From positions 10,390-74,389 of the forward strand of contig JACQHR010000032.1 of NCBI GenBank assembly GCA_016198905.1: a DNA stretch of 64,000 nucleotides, read 5' to 3'. Position numbers and translations under genes: made by a program. Source of the stretch: Candidatus Omnitrophota bacterium (lineage in GTDB: Bacteria > Omnitrophota > Gorgyraeia > Aquiviventales > Aquiviventaceae). The notes under the pieces are model-generated. The model worked only from the letters and a program-made list of their open reading frames with translations, did not search any database and had not been told where the DNA came from. Of this stretch, positions 53,752 through 64,000 are shown piece by piece; the first letter of the stretch is position 1, and each line of letters starts with the position of its first letter.

Positions 53752-53894
53752 GTCTGTCAGTTTAGTCGATTTAATAAGTTGAGAGTCCAAGCAGAATATA
53801 AACTAATTTTTAGAATCTAACTCGTATTTTTACAGTATGTTATGACTGTTACCTCTATTAGAAAACACTACCATGGCACGCCTACTGCTTCTAT

Positions 53895-53911
53895 GACTGT
53901 CCTAGACAGTC
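53895..53911. promoter_or_regulatory. Perfect inverted repeat GACTGTC-CTA-GACAGTC (candidate operator)
   Basis: Read directly. TATGACTGT also occurs 51 bp upstream (53841-53849). The repeat lies 37 nt before ATG 53948. Confidence 0.3.
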
Positions 53912-53947
53912 TTAGTGTAAAACATTCAATCTGGAGGTTGGGTAGGA

Positions 53948-54130
53948 ATGTTAGAAGGTCGACTGAGTATTACAGAGGTGGCAGAGCAGCTTGGGGTGAC
54001 CACCAAGACGATTACCCGCTGGGAGAAGTCTGGAAAAGTCAAACCAGCCAAGCGGGACTGGAGAGGGTGGAGAGTCTATTCCTCTGAGGATCTCCAGGAA
54101 ATGAAAAGTTTCGTTGAGACCGTGTACTAA
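53948..54130 (+). CDS. Stand-alone MerR-type HTH DNA-binding protein (60 aa, no effector domain)
   Basis: LSITEVAEQLGVTTKTITRWEKSGKVKPAKRDWRGWRVYSSEDL matches the MerR N-terminal HTH-wing pattern. RBS ggaggttgggtagga. Confidence 0.65.
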   Translation: MLEGRLSITEVAEQLGVTTKTITRWEKSGKVKPAKRDWRGWRVYSSEDLQEMKSFVETVY

Positions 54131-54168
54131 CTCATTCGCATATGGAGTGCGCAGCGACAGGAGGACGG

Positions 54169-55110
54169 ATGAACAGATTCTGGAACATGGTGCAGGCTGG
54201 GGCGCTGGTGCTGCTCGTGTTGAGCGGATCGGCGGCCCAAGCTTGGGCTGTGGATATCGATGCGGACGCAAACGAACAACCCGGCTCATCGACTCCGCAA
54301 GCCGGGTACCCACAGACAAGTTATCCGCAGGCGGGGGCGGCTGCGTCTGAAGTCGTGATCGGCTATCAACCGATTCCGAATAGCACGTTAGCAGCGATTA
54401 GCTCAACGCAGGCGACCGCTCAGACCGTCAGCCCGCTGCAGCAGCCCGGAGGGCCGATTGCCCCTTCGCGCAACACTAAAGGGTCGCAGCGGGAACAAGC
54501 CTACGATTTCACGACGTGGTTCGTGGGGCAGGGGCCCTACACCCTCGGGCGCGATGATGCCATTCGTATTCAAGTGCGCAACCAGCCGGAGTTCAGCGGC
54601 GATTTCCTCATCGGGCCGGAAGGTGAAATTCAGTACAACTACCTCGGCGACATCCCGATTGCTGGCTTGACGAAGTACGAGGTGCAGCAGGTGCTCGAGA
54701 AGATGCTCGCGCGGTACATCAGAGTGCCGGCGGTGAATGTCACGATCGTCGGCTACAATTCCAAGGTCGTCTACGTGATCGGGGAAGTGAACCGGCCCGG
54801 CAAGTACATCATGCGGGGCGACGTGATCAAGCTGCGCGAAGCGATCATTGCGGCGGGGCTGCCGACTGGAACGGCGGCATTGCGGCGCACGCACGTGATC
54901 AAACCCGACTTGCGCAAACCGCGCGACCGAAAAGTAGACCTGAAGCGGATTCTCTATAAGGGCAAGCTCAAGGATGACATCGACCTGTATCCCGGCGAGA
55001 TCGTCGTCGTGCCCTCCACCGTGCTGGCGTCGGTGAACAGCTTCCTGAGCCAGCTGCTCAATCCGCTCACCCACGCAGCGACCGTTGCGGCACTCGGAGC
55101 GGGCCTGTAA
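54169..55110 (+). CDS. Polysaccharide export outer-membrane/periplasmic protein (Wza-like, PEP-CTERM-locus type)
   Basis: RBS caggagga precedes ATG 54169, followed by a signal peptide. Poly_export-like core YTLGRDDAIRIQV...GPEGEIQYNYLGDIPIAGLT and an SLBB-like segment VYVIGEVNRPGKY. Confidence 0.8.
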   Translation: MNRFWNMVQAGALVLLVLSGSAAQAWAVDIDADANEQPGSSTPQAGYPQTSYPQAGAAASEVVIGYQPIPNSTLAAISSTQATAQTVSPLQQPGGPIAPSRNTKGSQREQAYDFTTWFVGQGPYTLGRDDAIRIQVRNQPEFSGDFLIGPEGEIQYNYLGDIPIAGLTKYEVQQVLEKMLARYIRVPAVNVTIVGYNSKVVYVIGEVNRPGKYIMRGDVIKLREAIIAAGLPTGTAALRRTHVIKPDLRKPRDRKVDLKRILYKGKLKDDIDLYPGEIVVVPSTVLASVNSFLSQLLNPLTHAATVAALGAGL

Positions 55111-56642
55111 TGATGAACACTGAGACGCAGATTGGGTGGCAAGACTACTTGGCGATCATCATTCGCCGTCGGTGGTTTTTCGCGATTCCCTGCATCATCC
55201 TCGTGAGCAGTTCCTTGATCGCCGGCCTCTTCATGCAGAAGATCTACCGGGCCGAGACGGTCCTCATGGTGCAGGAACAGAACGTGGCGAACCCGCTCAT
55301 CCAAGGGTTGGCGGTCTCGACACCGGTGGGCGAGCGGCTGCGCGTCCTGCGCGAAGAGCTGCTCAGCTGGACCAGCCTCAGCCGCTTGGTCAATGAGCTG
55401 AAGCTCGATCGGAACGCCAAGAACCCGGCCGCGTTCGAGTCGCTCATCCGCCGCTTGCAGCAGGACATCAACGTGCGGATGCGCGGAGGCAACCTCATCG
55501 CGATCGGCTACGAAGACCCCGAGCCGAAGCATGCCCAGACCATCGTCAACGCGATCACCAAAATCTACATGGATCGCAACATCGAGTCGCAGAACGCCGA
55601 TACCGAGACGGCGATCAGCGTCATCGAAAGCGAAATGAAGGTCTACAAGCAGCAGCTGGAAGACGCCGAGCGCGCGCTGCGCGATTTCAAAGAGCTCTAC
55701 GTCATGCAGATGCCTGTGGCCACACAACTCAACGAGCAGATCGTGAGCTTGGAGGTCAACCTCGCCCAGTTGCTTGTGGAAAACACGGAAGCGCACCCGA
55801 CGGTCATGCAAGTGAGGGAGCATATCAAAGAACTGAAGCAGAAGCGCAACGACGAGATCAAGCGGGTTATCGCCACGGCGATTGCCAAAGGTCACGATGC
55901 AGAGGTCTACCGCGATCTTGCGGAGGCGCTCGAGCAGCCTGCCGATTCCGGCAAGAACGCGGATCCAACGGTGCGCGCGGCTAAAGAAGCCTACCAGGCG
56001 TGGATCAAGCGGCTGGACAGCAACCCCGACACGTCAACGGGAGGCAACGGTCCGCAGATCCAAGTGGCGGTGGTGGCTCCTTCGAAGAACGGGGCCGGCC
56101 CGATGGAGATGGTCGGTACCAGCGGATCGACCTCGCTCTCCTTGGAGCCTCGTGAGGAGCAAGAGTTGGCGCGGCTGACGCGTGACTACCAAGTGTACAG
56201 CGGCACCTACCAATCCATGCAGGAGCGCCTTGAGCGCGCGAAGATGACGCAACGGTTAGGCAAGATCGACGAGGGCACCAAGTTCAAAGTCCTTGAACCC
56301 GCGCGCTTACCGCTGCGCCCGGTGCGCCCGAACTACGGCAAGATCTTCGTCTTCGGACTGCTGTTGGGGATCTGTCTCGGCGCGGGTGTCGCATTCGTCG
56401 CCGAATACCTCGATCAATCCTTCCAGTCGGCCGAAGAGGTGCAGGCTGCGCTGGAGATTCCGGTGATCGGCTCGATCTCGACGATCGTGACCGACGCGGA
56501 CGTCGCCGCGCGTCACGAACGCCAGAAGGGCTGGGTCTCGGTTAAAGGCCAGCTCTTGCGCGTGAAGCGCTATGCGATGACGTACGTGATCGGTCCGGTG
56601 TGGGGAGCGTGCGATCGCGTGTTGGTCAAATGGGGACTGTAA
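55110..56642 (+). CDS. Polysaccharide chain-length determinant (Wzz/GumC-like) protein
   Basis: N-terminal TM helix after WQDYLAIIIRRRWFF, a long coiled-coil periplasmic region, and a C-terminal TM helix (IFVFGLLLGICLGAGVAFVAEYLD). Confidence 0.8.
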   Translation: MMNTETQIGWQDYLAIIIRRRWFFAIPCIILVSSSLIAGLFMQKIYRAETVLMVQEQNVANPLIQGLAVSTPVGERLRVLREELLSWTSLSRLVNELKLDRNAKNPAAFESLIRRLQQDINVRMRGGNLIAIGYEDPEPKHAQTIVNAITKIYMDRNIESQNADTETAISVIESEMKVYKQQLEDAERALRDFKELYVMQMPVATQLNEQIVSLEVNLAQLLVENTEAHPTVMQVREHIKELKQKRNDEIKRVIATAIAKGHDAEVYRDLAEALEQPADSGKNADPTVRAAKEAYQAWIKRLDSNPDTSTGGNGPQIQVAVVAPSKNGAGPMEMVGTSGSTSLSLEPREEQELARLTRDYQVYSGTYQSMQERLERAKMTQRLGKIDEGTKFKVLEPARLPLRPVRPNYGKIFVFGLLLGICLGAGVAFVAEYLDQSFQSAEEVQAALEIPVIGSISTIVTDADVAARHERQKGWVSVKGQLLRVKRYAMTYVIGPVWGACDRVLVKWGL

Positions 56643-56759
56643 CTGCTGGGGCAGGAGACAGGGGGCGGGAGACGGGGGACATGCACGCAAGGTCGGCAAT
56701 ACTCTTGAGGATCACCCGCGCCCCTCGCCCCGTGCCCCCGACTCGCTGGGTTAACAACT

Positions 56760-57590
56760 ATGTATGAGTCATTTTTTGGCCTCAAAGAAAAACCGTTCCA
56801 GATGACGCCGGATACGCGGTACTTCTATCCGTCGGCGAAGCACACGGATGCGCTCAACCACATGGTCTACGCCATCCAGGACCGTCGCGGGTTCGTCGTC
56901 ATCACGGGCGAGATCGGCTCCGGCAAGACCACGCTGTCGCGCGTGCTGTTCCAGAAGCTGGACCGCCGCACGAAGACGGCCATCATCCGCAACACGCACC
57001 TGACGGCGAAAGACCTCGTCACACAAACGGTGGAAGAGCTCGAAATTCCCTACCGGACGGGATGCACCAAGACGCATCTCATCAACCTGCTCAACGAATA
57101 TCTGATCGAGCAATTGCGCGAGAACAACAACGTCGTCCTCCTCATTGATGAGGCGCAGAACCTCAAGCCGAACGTCCTGGAGGAAGTGCGCATGCTCTCG
57201 AATCTGGAGACCGAGCGCGAGAAGCTCATCCAAATTATTTTGATGGGCCAACCGGAGCTGAAGGCCAAGCTGTGGCTGAAAGAGCTCACCCAGTTGCGGC
57301 AACGGGTGACGCTGCACTACCACCTGTTACCGTTGGATGAGAGGGAAACCGCTTCGTACATCGCTCACCGGTTGCATGTCGCCGGAGTCAACGGGGCGCC
57401 GGTATTTGCCTCCACCGCGCTGCCGAAAATCTTTCAATACACGCAAGGGGTGCCGAGGCTGATCAACGGCCTGTGCGACCAGGCGTTGCTGACCGGCTAC
57501 GTGAATGAGGCCAGAACGATCGGCCCCGAGATCATCGACGAAGTCGCCAGCGAGCTTCCGTCGCTGATGCAAGAACCGATTGCCGCGTGA
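56760..57590 (+). CDS. ExeA-like AAA ATPase (PEP-CTERM/EPS-locus associated)
   Basis: FGLKEKPFQMTPDTRYFY N-terminus, Walker A GEIGSGKTT, Walker B VVLLIDEAQ. Confidence 0.8.
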   Translation: MYESFFGLKEKPFQMTPDTRYFYPSAKHTDALNHMVYAIQDRRGFVVITGEIGSGKTTLSRVLFQKLDRRTKTAIIRNTHLTAKDLVTQTVEELEIPYRTGCTKTHLINLLNEYLIEQLRENNNVVLLIDEAQNLKPNVLEEVRMLSNLETEREKLIQIILMGQPELKAKLWLKELTQLRQRVTLHYHLLPLDERETASYIAHRLHVAGVNGAPVFASTALPKIFQYTQGVPRLINGLCDQALLTGYVNEARTIGPEIIDEVASELPSLMQEPIAA

Positions 57591-57627
57591 CGCGCGCAAC
57601 GACTACGCAGATAACACAGGAGCATAG

Positions 57628-58563
57628 ATGAGCAAAATCACGAAGGCACTGGAGAAGGCGGCGCGCGAACGGATTCAGCGCCACGAAGAGCACGCAACCG
57701 TCAAAGCATCCGAGGCGGTCGAGATCCCCGTGGAAATCTCCTCGCGGCTTGGCGAGGGCACGCCGATCAACCGCATCAAGATCGACCCCCACATCGTGGC
57801 GGCGTCGGATTCCTCCTCGCCCATCGCCGAGCAGTACCGCATTTTGCGCACGAATCTGCAGTCGCTGCGGTTGCGGCCGGGCGCTAAGACGATCGTGGTG
57901 ACGAGTTCGATCCACAACGAAGGCAAGTCGGTGACGTCCATCAACCTGGCCATGACGCTCGCGCGGCAAGAAGGCGTGCGCGTGGTCCTCGTCGACGCGG
58001 ATCTGCGCAAAGGCTCCATCCAGAAGTGGCTCGGGCTCGAGGATCAGCAGGAAGGCCTCTCGACGGTGCTCGCGCGCGGCGGCGAATTGAATGGCGCGCT
58101 CGTGAAGCTCAAGCAACCGGGATTATCGGTGCTCACATCCGGGCCCCATCCGGAGCACCCGGCCGAGCTGCTCGAGTCTTCGAGCATGAAGCGGCTGCTT
58201 GAACGACTACGTGCGCAATTCGATGTGATCATCATCGACGCGCCCCCCGTGCTGCCGGTGGCGGATCCGGGGATTCTCGCGGCGCACGCTGACGGGGTGC
58301 TCCTCGTCGTCCAAGCGGGCAAGACCCAGCGCAAGACCGTGACGCAAGCGCAAGCGCTCCTGAGGCAGATGAAGGCAAACATTCTCGGCTGCGTGTTGAC
58401 TCACGTCGAGTACTACCTGCCCGGCTACTACCGCTATTACCACCAATATCGCTACGGCACCAAGGACGCCGTCAAAGCGGCGAATGGCAACGCGACATCA
58501 CCCGTGATCAATGACAGCAACACAGAGCGAGCGCCGTCAACCCCGCAGGAAGCCACATCATGA
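57628..58563 (+). CDS. CpsD/CapB-type polysaccharide tyrosine autokinase
   Basis: Walker A-like VTSSIHNEGKSVTSINLA, VVLVDADLRK, IIIDAPPVLPVADP, and a Tyr-rich tail YYLPGYYRYYHQYRY. Confidence 0.8.
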   Translation: MSKITKALEKAARERIQRHEEHATVKASEAVEIPVEISSRLGEGTPINRIKIDPHIVAASDSSSPIAEQYRILRTNLQSLRLRPGAKTIVVTSSIHNEGKSVTSINLAMTLARQEGVRVVLVDADLRKGSIQKWLGLEDQQEGLSTVLARGGELNGALVKLKQPGLSVLTSGPHPEHPAELLESSSMKRLLERLRAQFDVIIIDAPPVLPVADPGILAAHADGVLLVVQAGKTQRKTVTQAQALLRQMKANILGCVLTHVEYYLPGYYRYYHQYRYGTKDAVKAANGNATSPVINDSNTERAPSTPQEATS

Positions 58564-59024
58564 ACCCTTCTCCGGAATTCAAGGTGACGAACCGGCTCTC
58601 GAAGTTTCAGACCACGGCGCTCAAAGGCACCGGCGTGCTGGTGACGTGGAAACCGGTTGCGCATCGTAGCTGGACGCAAGCGTTGCGTTGCGCGATGCAG
58701 GGCGTGTGCGACGCTTGGATGGACGAGCCGAACTTCCGCGTGCACGCCTACGCCGGCGTCGGTATCACCGCGCTGGGATTCTTCGTGCATCTGTCGCTGA
58801 CGGAGTGGCTCTGGATCAGTTTTGCGATCGGCCTGGTCATCTTCGCTGAGCTGATGAACACGGCCATCGAAGGGACGGTCGATCTTGTCGTCGGACAGCA
58901 GTCGGATCCGCTGGCGCGCCGCGTGAAGGACATCGCCGCCGGCTGCGTGTTGGTGGCGGCCATTTTGTCGACGGTCATCGGCGCACTCACGTTCTTCCCA
59001 CACCTCATCATCCGGGGCGTCTAA
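58560..59024 (+). CDS. dgkA: DgkA-family lipid kinase (diacylglycerol/undecaprenol kinase)
   Basis: FRVHAYAGVGITALGF...FAELMNTAIEGTVDLV motif. Three TM helices. 4-nt overlap with the kinase gene. Confidence 0.75.
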   Translation: MNPSPEFKVTNRLSKFQTTALKGTGVLVTWKPVAHRSWTQALRCAMQGVCDAWMDEPNFRVHAYAGVGITALGFFVHLSLTEWLWISFAIGLVIFAELMNTAIEGTVDLVVGQQSDPLARRVKDIAAGCVLVAAILSTVIGALTFFPHLIIRGV

Positions 59025-59030
59025 ACGACC

Positions 59031-59816
59031 ATGTTGGTGGCACACCTCAAAGAGCTCTACCACTACCGCGATTTGCTGACGAGCCTCGCGTGGCGGGACA
59101 TCCAGGTCCGCTACCGCCAGACGTTTCTGGGATTCGCCTGGGCGATCGCGCAGCCGTTGGCGTACATGCTCATCTTCACGGTGGTGTTCGCGGGGTTCGG
59201 CCAGGTCAGCTCGGATGGGAGTCCCTACCCGATCTTCTCTTACACCGGGCTGGTGCCCTGGACATTCTTCGCCACGGCGCTGGGGTTATCGGCCAACTCC
59301 ATTGCCGCCAACATGAGCCTCGTCAAGAAAATTTACTTTCCCCGCGAAGTCTTCCCGCTCGGCGCCATCATGGGATGCCTCGTCGATTTCCTGGTCGCCT
59401 CCCTGCTGGTGGTCGGGCTGATGGCGATCTATCGCGTCCCGCCCAAGCCACAGCTGCTCTGGCTGCCCTGGCTGATCGGGTTGGAATTGGGCTTTCTCAT
59501 CAGCCTCAGCCTGCTGGTCTCCGCCATGAACGTCTTCTATCGCGACATCAAGTACATCGTGCCGCTGTGCGTGCAACTGGGCATGTTCGTTACCCCGGTC
59601 ATCTATCCGGTCTCGAAAGTCCCCGAGCACTTGCGCGCCTGGTACATGCTCAACCCGATGGCCGTGGTCGTCGATGGCGTGCGGCGCGTCGTGCTGTACG
59701 GGCAAACGCCGGCCATGGGACCGCTCCTGGTAAGCACGATCTTTGTGAGCCTCTTTGGGGTGGCTGCCTATATATTCTTCAAGCGCGTCGAAGTCAGATT
59801 TGCGGATCTCATTTAA
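59031..59816 (+). CDS. ABC-2-type polysaccharide/O-antigen export permease (Wzm-like)
   Basis: LAWRDIQVRYRQTFLGFAWAIAQPL N-terminal signature and six TM helices. Confidence 0.85.
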   Translation: MLVAHLKELYHYRDLLTSLAWRDIQVRYRQTFLGFAWAIAQPLAYMLIFTVVFAGFGQVSSDGSPYPIFSYTGLVPWTFFATALGLSANSIAANMSLVKKIYFPREVFPLGAIMGCLVDFLVASLLVVGLMAIYRVPPKPQLLWLPWLIGLELGFLISLSLLVSAMNVFYRDIKYIVPLCVQLGMFVTPVIYPVSKVPEHLRAWYMLNPMAVVVDGVRRVVLYGQTPAMGPLLVSTIFVSLFGVAAYIFFKRVEVRFADLI

Positions 59817-59848
59817 CAGGGCCGCTGATTAGAGAGGAACGAGCGATC

Positions 59849-61063
<1,215 letters not shown>

Positions 61064-61075
61064 GGACGGCGCGCG

Positions 61076-62347
61076 ATGCCACGACAGCTCGCCTATGTCT
61101 TCAGATCAAGCGGATTTGGCGGAGCCGAGCAGATCGTGTTGACCATGCTGCAGCGGCTGAATCGGCGCGATTTCGCCCCGCGCGTCTATTGGTACGGGGT
61201 CAACGCCGCCATCGATGCACGGATGCGCGCGGAGTTTCGGCGGCTTGACGTGCCCGTCCGGAGCCTGGATCAAGACGGCGTGCTCCTGGCCGAGCCGCGT
61301 TGTGGCGCGGCAACTGTGGCGGACCACGCCGAATCGACTCCCCAAGATTTCCATGGACGCGCCCTGCGGGTGCGACTCCCGAAGAGCCTGGCACTCCTGG
61401 CGTACTACCGACGCCGCGTCGCTGTGGCGACCGAGCGACTGCGGCAAGAGCGGCTTGATATCATCCATTTCCTGCACGGCGGCTACCCGTCGTTTGTCAT
61501 CCCGATGATCGCCAGCCGGCGAGCGGGAATTCCGGTGCGCATTGCCGATGTCCTGCTGGATCCGCGCAGCGTGCGAGATGCGGATCTTGGATGGACCCGC
61601 GGAGCTCTGGCGTGGCGAGCGGGCCGGGGCATGACCCATGTGCGCGCCATGAGCCGGCGGATGCGGCGGCAGCTTCAACGTCGATGGGGCATGTCGTCTC
61701 ATCGCATCCATGTGATCAGCAATTGGGTGGATGTCAGCCGGTTCGAATCTCTCGACGGTGCGGCACAGCTCAGAGCCGATTTAGGATTGCCGTCCCACGC
61801 GACGCTGGTGACCGTGGCTGCGCGGCTCTCGCCGGAGAAAGGCCACGCGGTGCTTTTGAAAGCCGCAGCTCGGATCAGAGCCCGTTACCCCCGCGCGCAC
61901 TACCTGCTGGCGGGCGAGGGCTTGCTGCGGCAACAGTTGGAAACGCTCGTCGGAGAATTGCAGCTGCAGGACATCGTGCACTTCCTGGGATTCCGCGACG
62001 ATATCCCGCAGCTCATGTCGGCATCCGATCTCATCCTGCTGCCCTCGCTGGCAGAGGGTGTGCCGGGGACGGTGCTGGAAGGCATGGCGTCCGGCAAGCC
62101 CATCATCGCCACCGACGTCGGAGGGGTCGCGGAGGTGCTCCACGATCAGCAGACCGGGCGAGTGGTGCCGCCGGGCGATGCCGCCGCATTGGCGCAGGCG
62201 CTGGAGGAGATGCTCGGCGCTGAGCCTGCGGTGCTGGCGCGCATGGGCGAACAGGCCCGCCGGCAGGTGAGGGCGCAGCACGGCGTCGACTCTATCCTGG
62301 CCAAACTCTTTGCGCTCTACGGGACGACCTCGGAGCGTCATCGATGA
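61076..62347 (+). CDS. GT4-family (GT-B) glycosyltransferase
   Basis: C-terminal EGVPGTVLEGMASGKPIIATDVGGVAEV motif (E-x7-E type). 423 aa. Confidence 0.8.
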   Translation: MPRQLAYVFRSSGFGGAEQIVLTMLQRLNRRDFAPRVYWYGVNAAIDARMRAEFRRLDVPVRSLDQDGVLLAEPRCGAATVADHAESTPQDFHGRALRVRLPKSLALLAYYRRRVAVATERLRQERLDIIHFLHGGYPSFVIPMIASRRAGIPVRIADVLLDPRSVRDADLGWTRGALAWRAGRGMTHVRAMSRRMRRQLQRRWGMSSHRIHVISNWVDVSRFESLDGAAQLRADLGLPSHATLVTVAARLSPEKGHAVLLKAAARIRARYPRAHYLLAGEGLLRQQLETLVGELQLQDIVHFLGFRDDIPQLMSASDLILLPSLAEGVPGTVLEGMASGKPIIATDVGGVAEVLHDQQTGRVVPPGDAAALAQALEEMLGAEPAVLARMGEQARRQVRAQHGVDSILAKLFALYGTTSERHR

Positions 62348-64000
62348 CCGCCGGGCACAAGATGGCTGACAATGCTCTTCTGTCGCTGGATGTGTTTGAT
62401 ACGGTTCTGACGCGAACAACCGGATCGCCCGCGGCGACGCTCTTGCTCTTTGGCAGAACGCTGCATCGGCAAGGGATGATTTCCTGTGCAGGGGAGAAGT
62501 TCGCGCGCGTCCGGCTCGAGGCCGAACGCGACGCGTACCAGGAAGTCGGTTCACGGACGACGTTGCATGACATCTATCGACTCATCGGCGCCCGGCTGCA
62601 ATTAACAGCGTCGGCGCGCGAACAGCTGATGGTGTTGGAGCAGGCATTCGAGGCCAGAGTCCTGCGTCCGGTTCCTCTGATGACTGCGCGTCTTCGGAGG
62701 TGGCGAGCCGAAGGCAAGCGCATCGCCTTTGTGAGTGACATGTATCTGTCAAGCCGCTTTGTGAAGGAGCGGCTCGTCGAGCATGGTCTTTTCGAGGAAG
62801 GGGATGTCTGTTACGTGTCGTGTGAAGCGGGACAGTCGAAACGCAACGGTCTTTTTACGAGCGTGCTCTGCGCGGAACGCGTGCGGCCACACGAGGTGAC
62901 GCATGTGGGCAACCAGCGCAACGAGGATATGGTGGCGCCGAAACGGTTGGGTATTCGAGTGGAGCCGTACATCGCGGCAAACTTCAATCGGCATGAGCAG
63001 CTCCTTGATCGGGAGGGGTGGGTCACGGAAGGCGTATCGTCCGCAATGGCGGCTGCCAGCCGAATGACTCGGCTATCCATTCATGTAGACAAAGCGCGCG
63101 AGGAGGCGATCCGAGACGTCGCTGCGGGGGTCGTGGCGCCAACACTCATCGGGTACGTGCTATGGGTGCTGGAGATGGCTCGGCAACACAACATCAATCG
63201 GCTCTACTTCGTGTCACGTGACGGGCAGGTGTTGCATGAGCTGGCCCAGCGGCTCATCAAGAAACTGCAGCAACCCGTCGAGCTTCGCTATTTGTTTGGC
63301 AGCCGGCAGGCGTGGAATCTGGCTGCCGCGTCCGACGTGTCTGCACAGCAGCTGCTGTGGATGTGGGACGCAACCGATGTGCTGTCGGTTCGCAGCTTGC
63401 TCGCCCGTGCGCATCTGCAGCCTGAGCACGTTCGGGCAACCCTCTACCGATTCGGGTTTGATGAACGCAACTGGAATCGGAATCTCCTCTCAAGCGAACG
63501 CAGGCGCCTGCGCGCCCTCTTCAAGGATGAAGCGTTCCGCGCGGCGGTGCTCGAGCGCATTGCACAACAGCGGCGCCTCACGCTGAGGTATTTTCGGCAA
63601 GAGGGATTGTGCGACGGGAGGCCCTCCGTGCTGGTCGATATGGGTTGGACCGGCAGCCTGCAGAACGCGGCCGGCGAGCTCGTGAGGGAGGCGGGAGGAT
63701 GTCTGACCGGCGGGTTGTATTTCGGCATCCGGCACGATGCCCGTCGGAATCACTTTGGATTTCGGCACGCGTACCTGTTTGACGAGTCGCACGGCGGGCT
63801 GACAGCGGCGATGCGGATGAAACTGATCCGCGTCCTTGAGCTGTTTACGGCAGCCGACCACGGCACCGTCATGGGCTACGAGGAAACCGGCGCTGGCATC
63901 CGGCCGCAGCTTCGGGAGGCTCACAACCAACAGGCGCTTGACTGGGGTCTTCCATTGGTACGGCAGGTCGTGCTGCGCGTGGCGGATGAGCTGATGCTGG
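62344..64000 (+). CDS. HAD-like N-terminal domain protein (3' end outside window)
   Basis: This ORF is not in the track because it has no stop in the window. My own translation from ATG 62344 (ATGA overlap with the GT stop) stays open to 64000. It starts MTAGHKMADNALLSLDVFDTVLTR (HAD motif I-like DxFDT), with later ...IAFVSDMYL. Confidence 0.5.
   Translation, partial: MTAGHKMADNALLSLDVFDTVLTRTTGSPAATLLLFGRTLHRQGMISCAGEKFARVRLEAERDAYQEVGSRTTLHDIYRLIGARLQLTASAREQLMVLEQAFEARVLRPVPLMTARLRRWRAEGKRIAFVSDMYLSSRFVKERLVEHGLFEEGDVCYVSCEAGQSKRNGLFTSVLCAERVRPHEVTHVGNQRNEDMVAPKRLGIRVEPYIAANFNRHEQLLDREGWVTEGVSSAMAAASRMTRLSIHVDKAREEAIRDVAAGVVAPTLIGYVLWVLEMARQHNINRLYFVSRDGQVLHELAQRLIKKLQQPVELRYLFGSRQAWNLAAASDVSAQQLLWMWDATDVLSVRSLLARAHLQPEHVRATLYRFGFDERNWNRNLLSSERRRLRALFKDEAFRAAVLERIAQQRRLTLRYFRQEGLCDGRPSVLVDMGWTGSLQNAAGELVREAGGCLTGGLYFGIRHDARRNHFGFRHAYLFDESHGGLTAAMRMKLIRVLELFTAADHGTVMGYEETGAGIRPQLREAHNQQALDWGLPLVRQVVLRVADELML

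Noticed and set aside
53653-54130. AT-rich segment plus small HTH gene as an excisionase or mobile-element boundary
   Set aside because: No integrase, transposase, tRNA attachment site or flanking direct repeats are present. The HTH matches the MerR pattern, and the segment leads straight into the EPS operon.
59090-59848. 5' part of track ORF 59090..61063, which would make a 657-aa ABC protein
   Set aside because: This part overlaps the Wzm-like permease in another frame and encodes Arg/Pro/Gly-rich nonsense. The ABC domain begins at Met 59849, just after the permease stop.

Overview
GC-rich 64-kb window from a Gram-negative bacterium. About 55 genes are called and all but two lie on the + strand. 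The gene content resembles a metal- or nitrogen-transforming lithotroph of the Nitrospirota type, but taxonomy cannot be proven from the sequence alone. No rRNA, tRNA, CRISPR array or mobile element was seen. Contents from left to right: (1) 1-4786: a 5'-truncated, extremely acidic D/S/N/G-repeat protein of more than 920 aa, then a C39-type cysteine peptidase and a coiled-coil outer-membrane barrel. This architecture resembles FapD/FapF of the Fap functional-amyloid system. (2) 4.9-12.1 kb: housekeeping and stress genes (P-type ATPase, Crp/Fnr regulator, Hsp20, CBS protein, VIT1/CCC1 transporter). (3) 12.2-23.3 kb: an N-oxide island with a second Crp/Fnr regulator, a PAS-GGDEF-PilZ protein, a hemerythrin/DUF1858 protein, NirK, a NirA-like siroheme reductase, a small Cys-rich protein, two radical-SAM enzymes and an NnrS-like protein. 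(4) 23.4-49.9 kb: a heme and electron-transfer supercluster. It holds hemA, a monoheme cytochrome c, a Cyc2-like fused cytochrome-porin, and a MtoAB/PioAB-like multiheme cytochrome plus 694-aa porin. It also holds a 13-gene tightly coupled string that combines an ACIII/Qrc-like module, Rieske/cytochrome b, an ImcH-like cytochrome, a CbcL-like cytochrome and an octaheme/FeS/NrfD module, followed by ResB/CcsA. I count about 50 canonical CXXCH motifs in this region. (5) 50-64 kb: a PEP-CTERM protein, a secreted Arg/Glu/Asp (RED) repeat polyampholyte with an ECF sigma/anti-sigma pair, an AT-rich palindrome-bearing region with a mini-MerR gene, and a PEP-CTERM-type exopolysaccharide locus. The best candidates for undescribed biology are the composite quinone-pool/multiheme operon with its outer-membrane partners, the Fap-like polyanionic fibre system, and the RED-repeat/ECF module.
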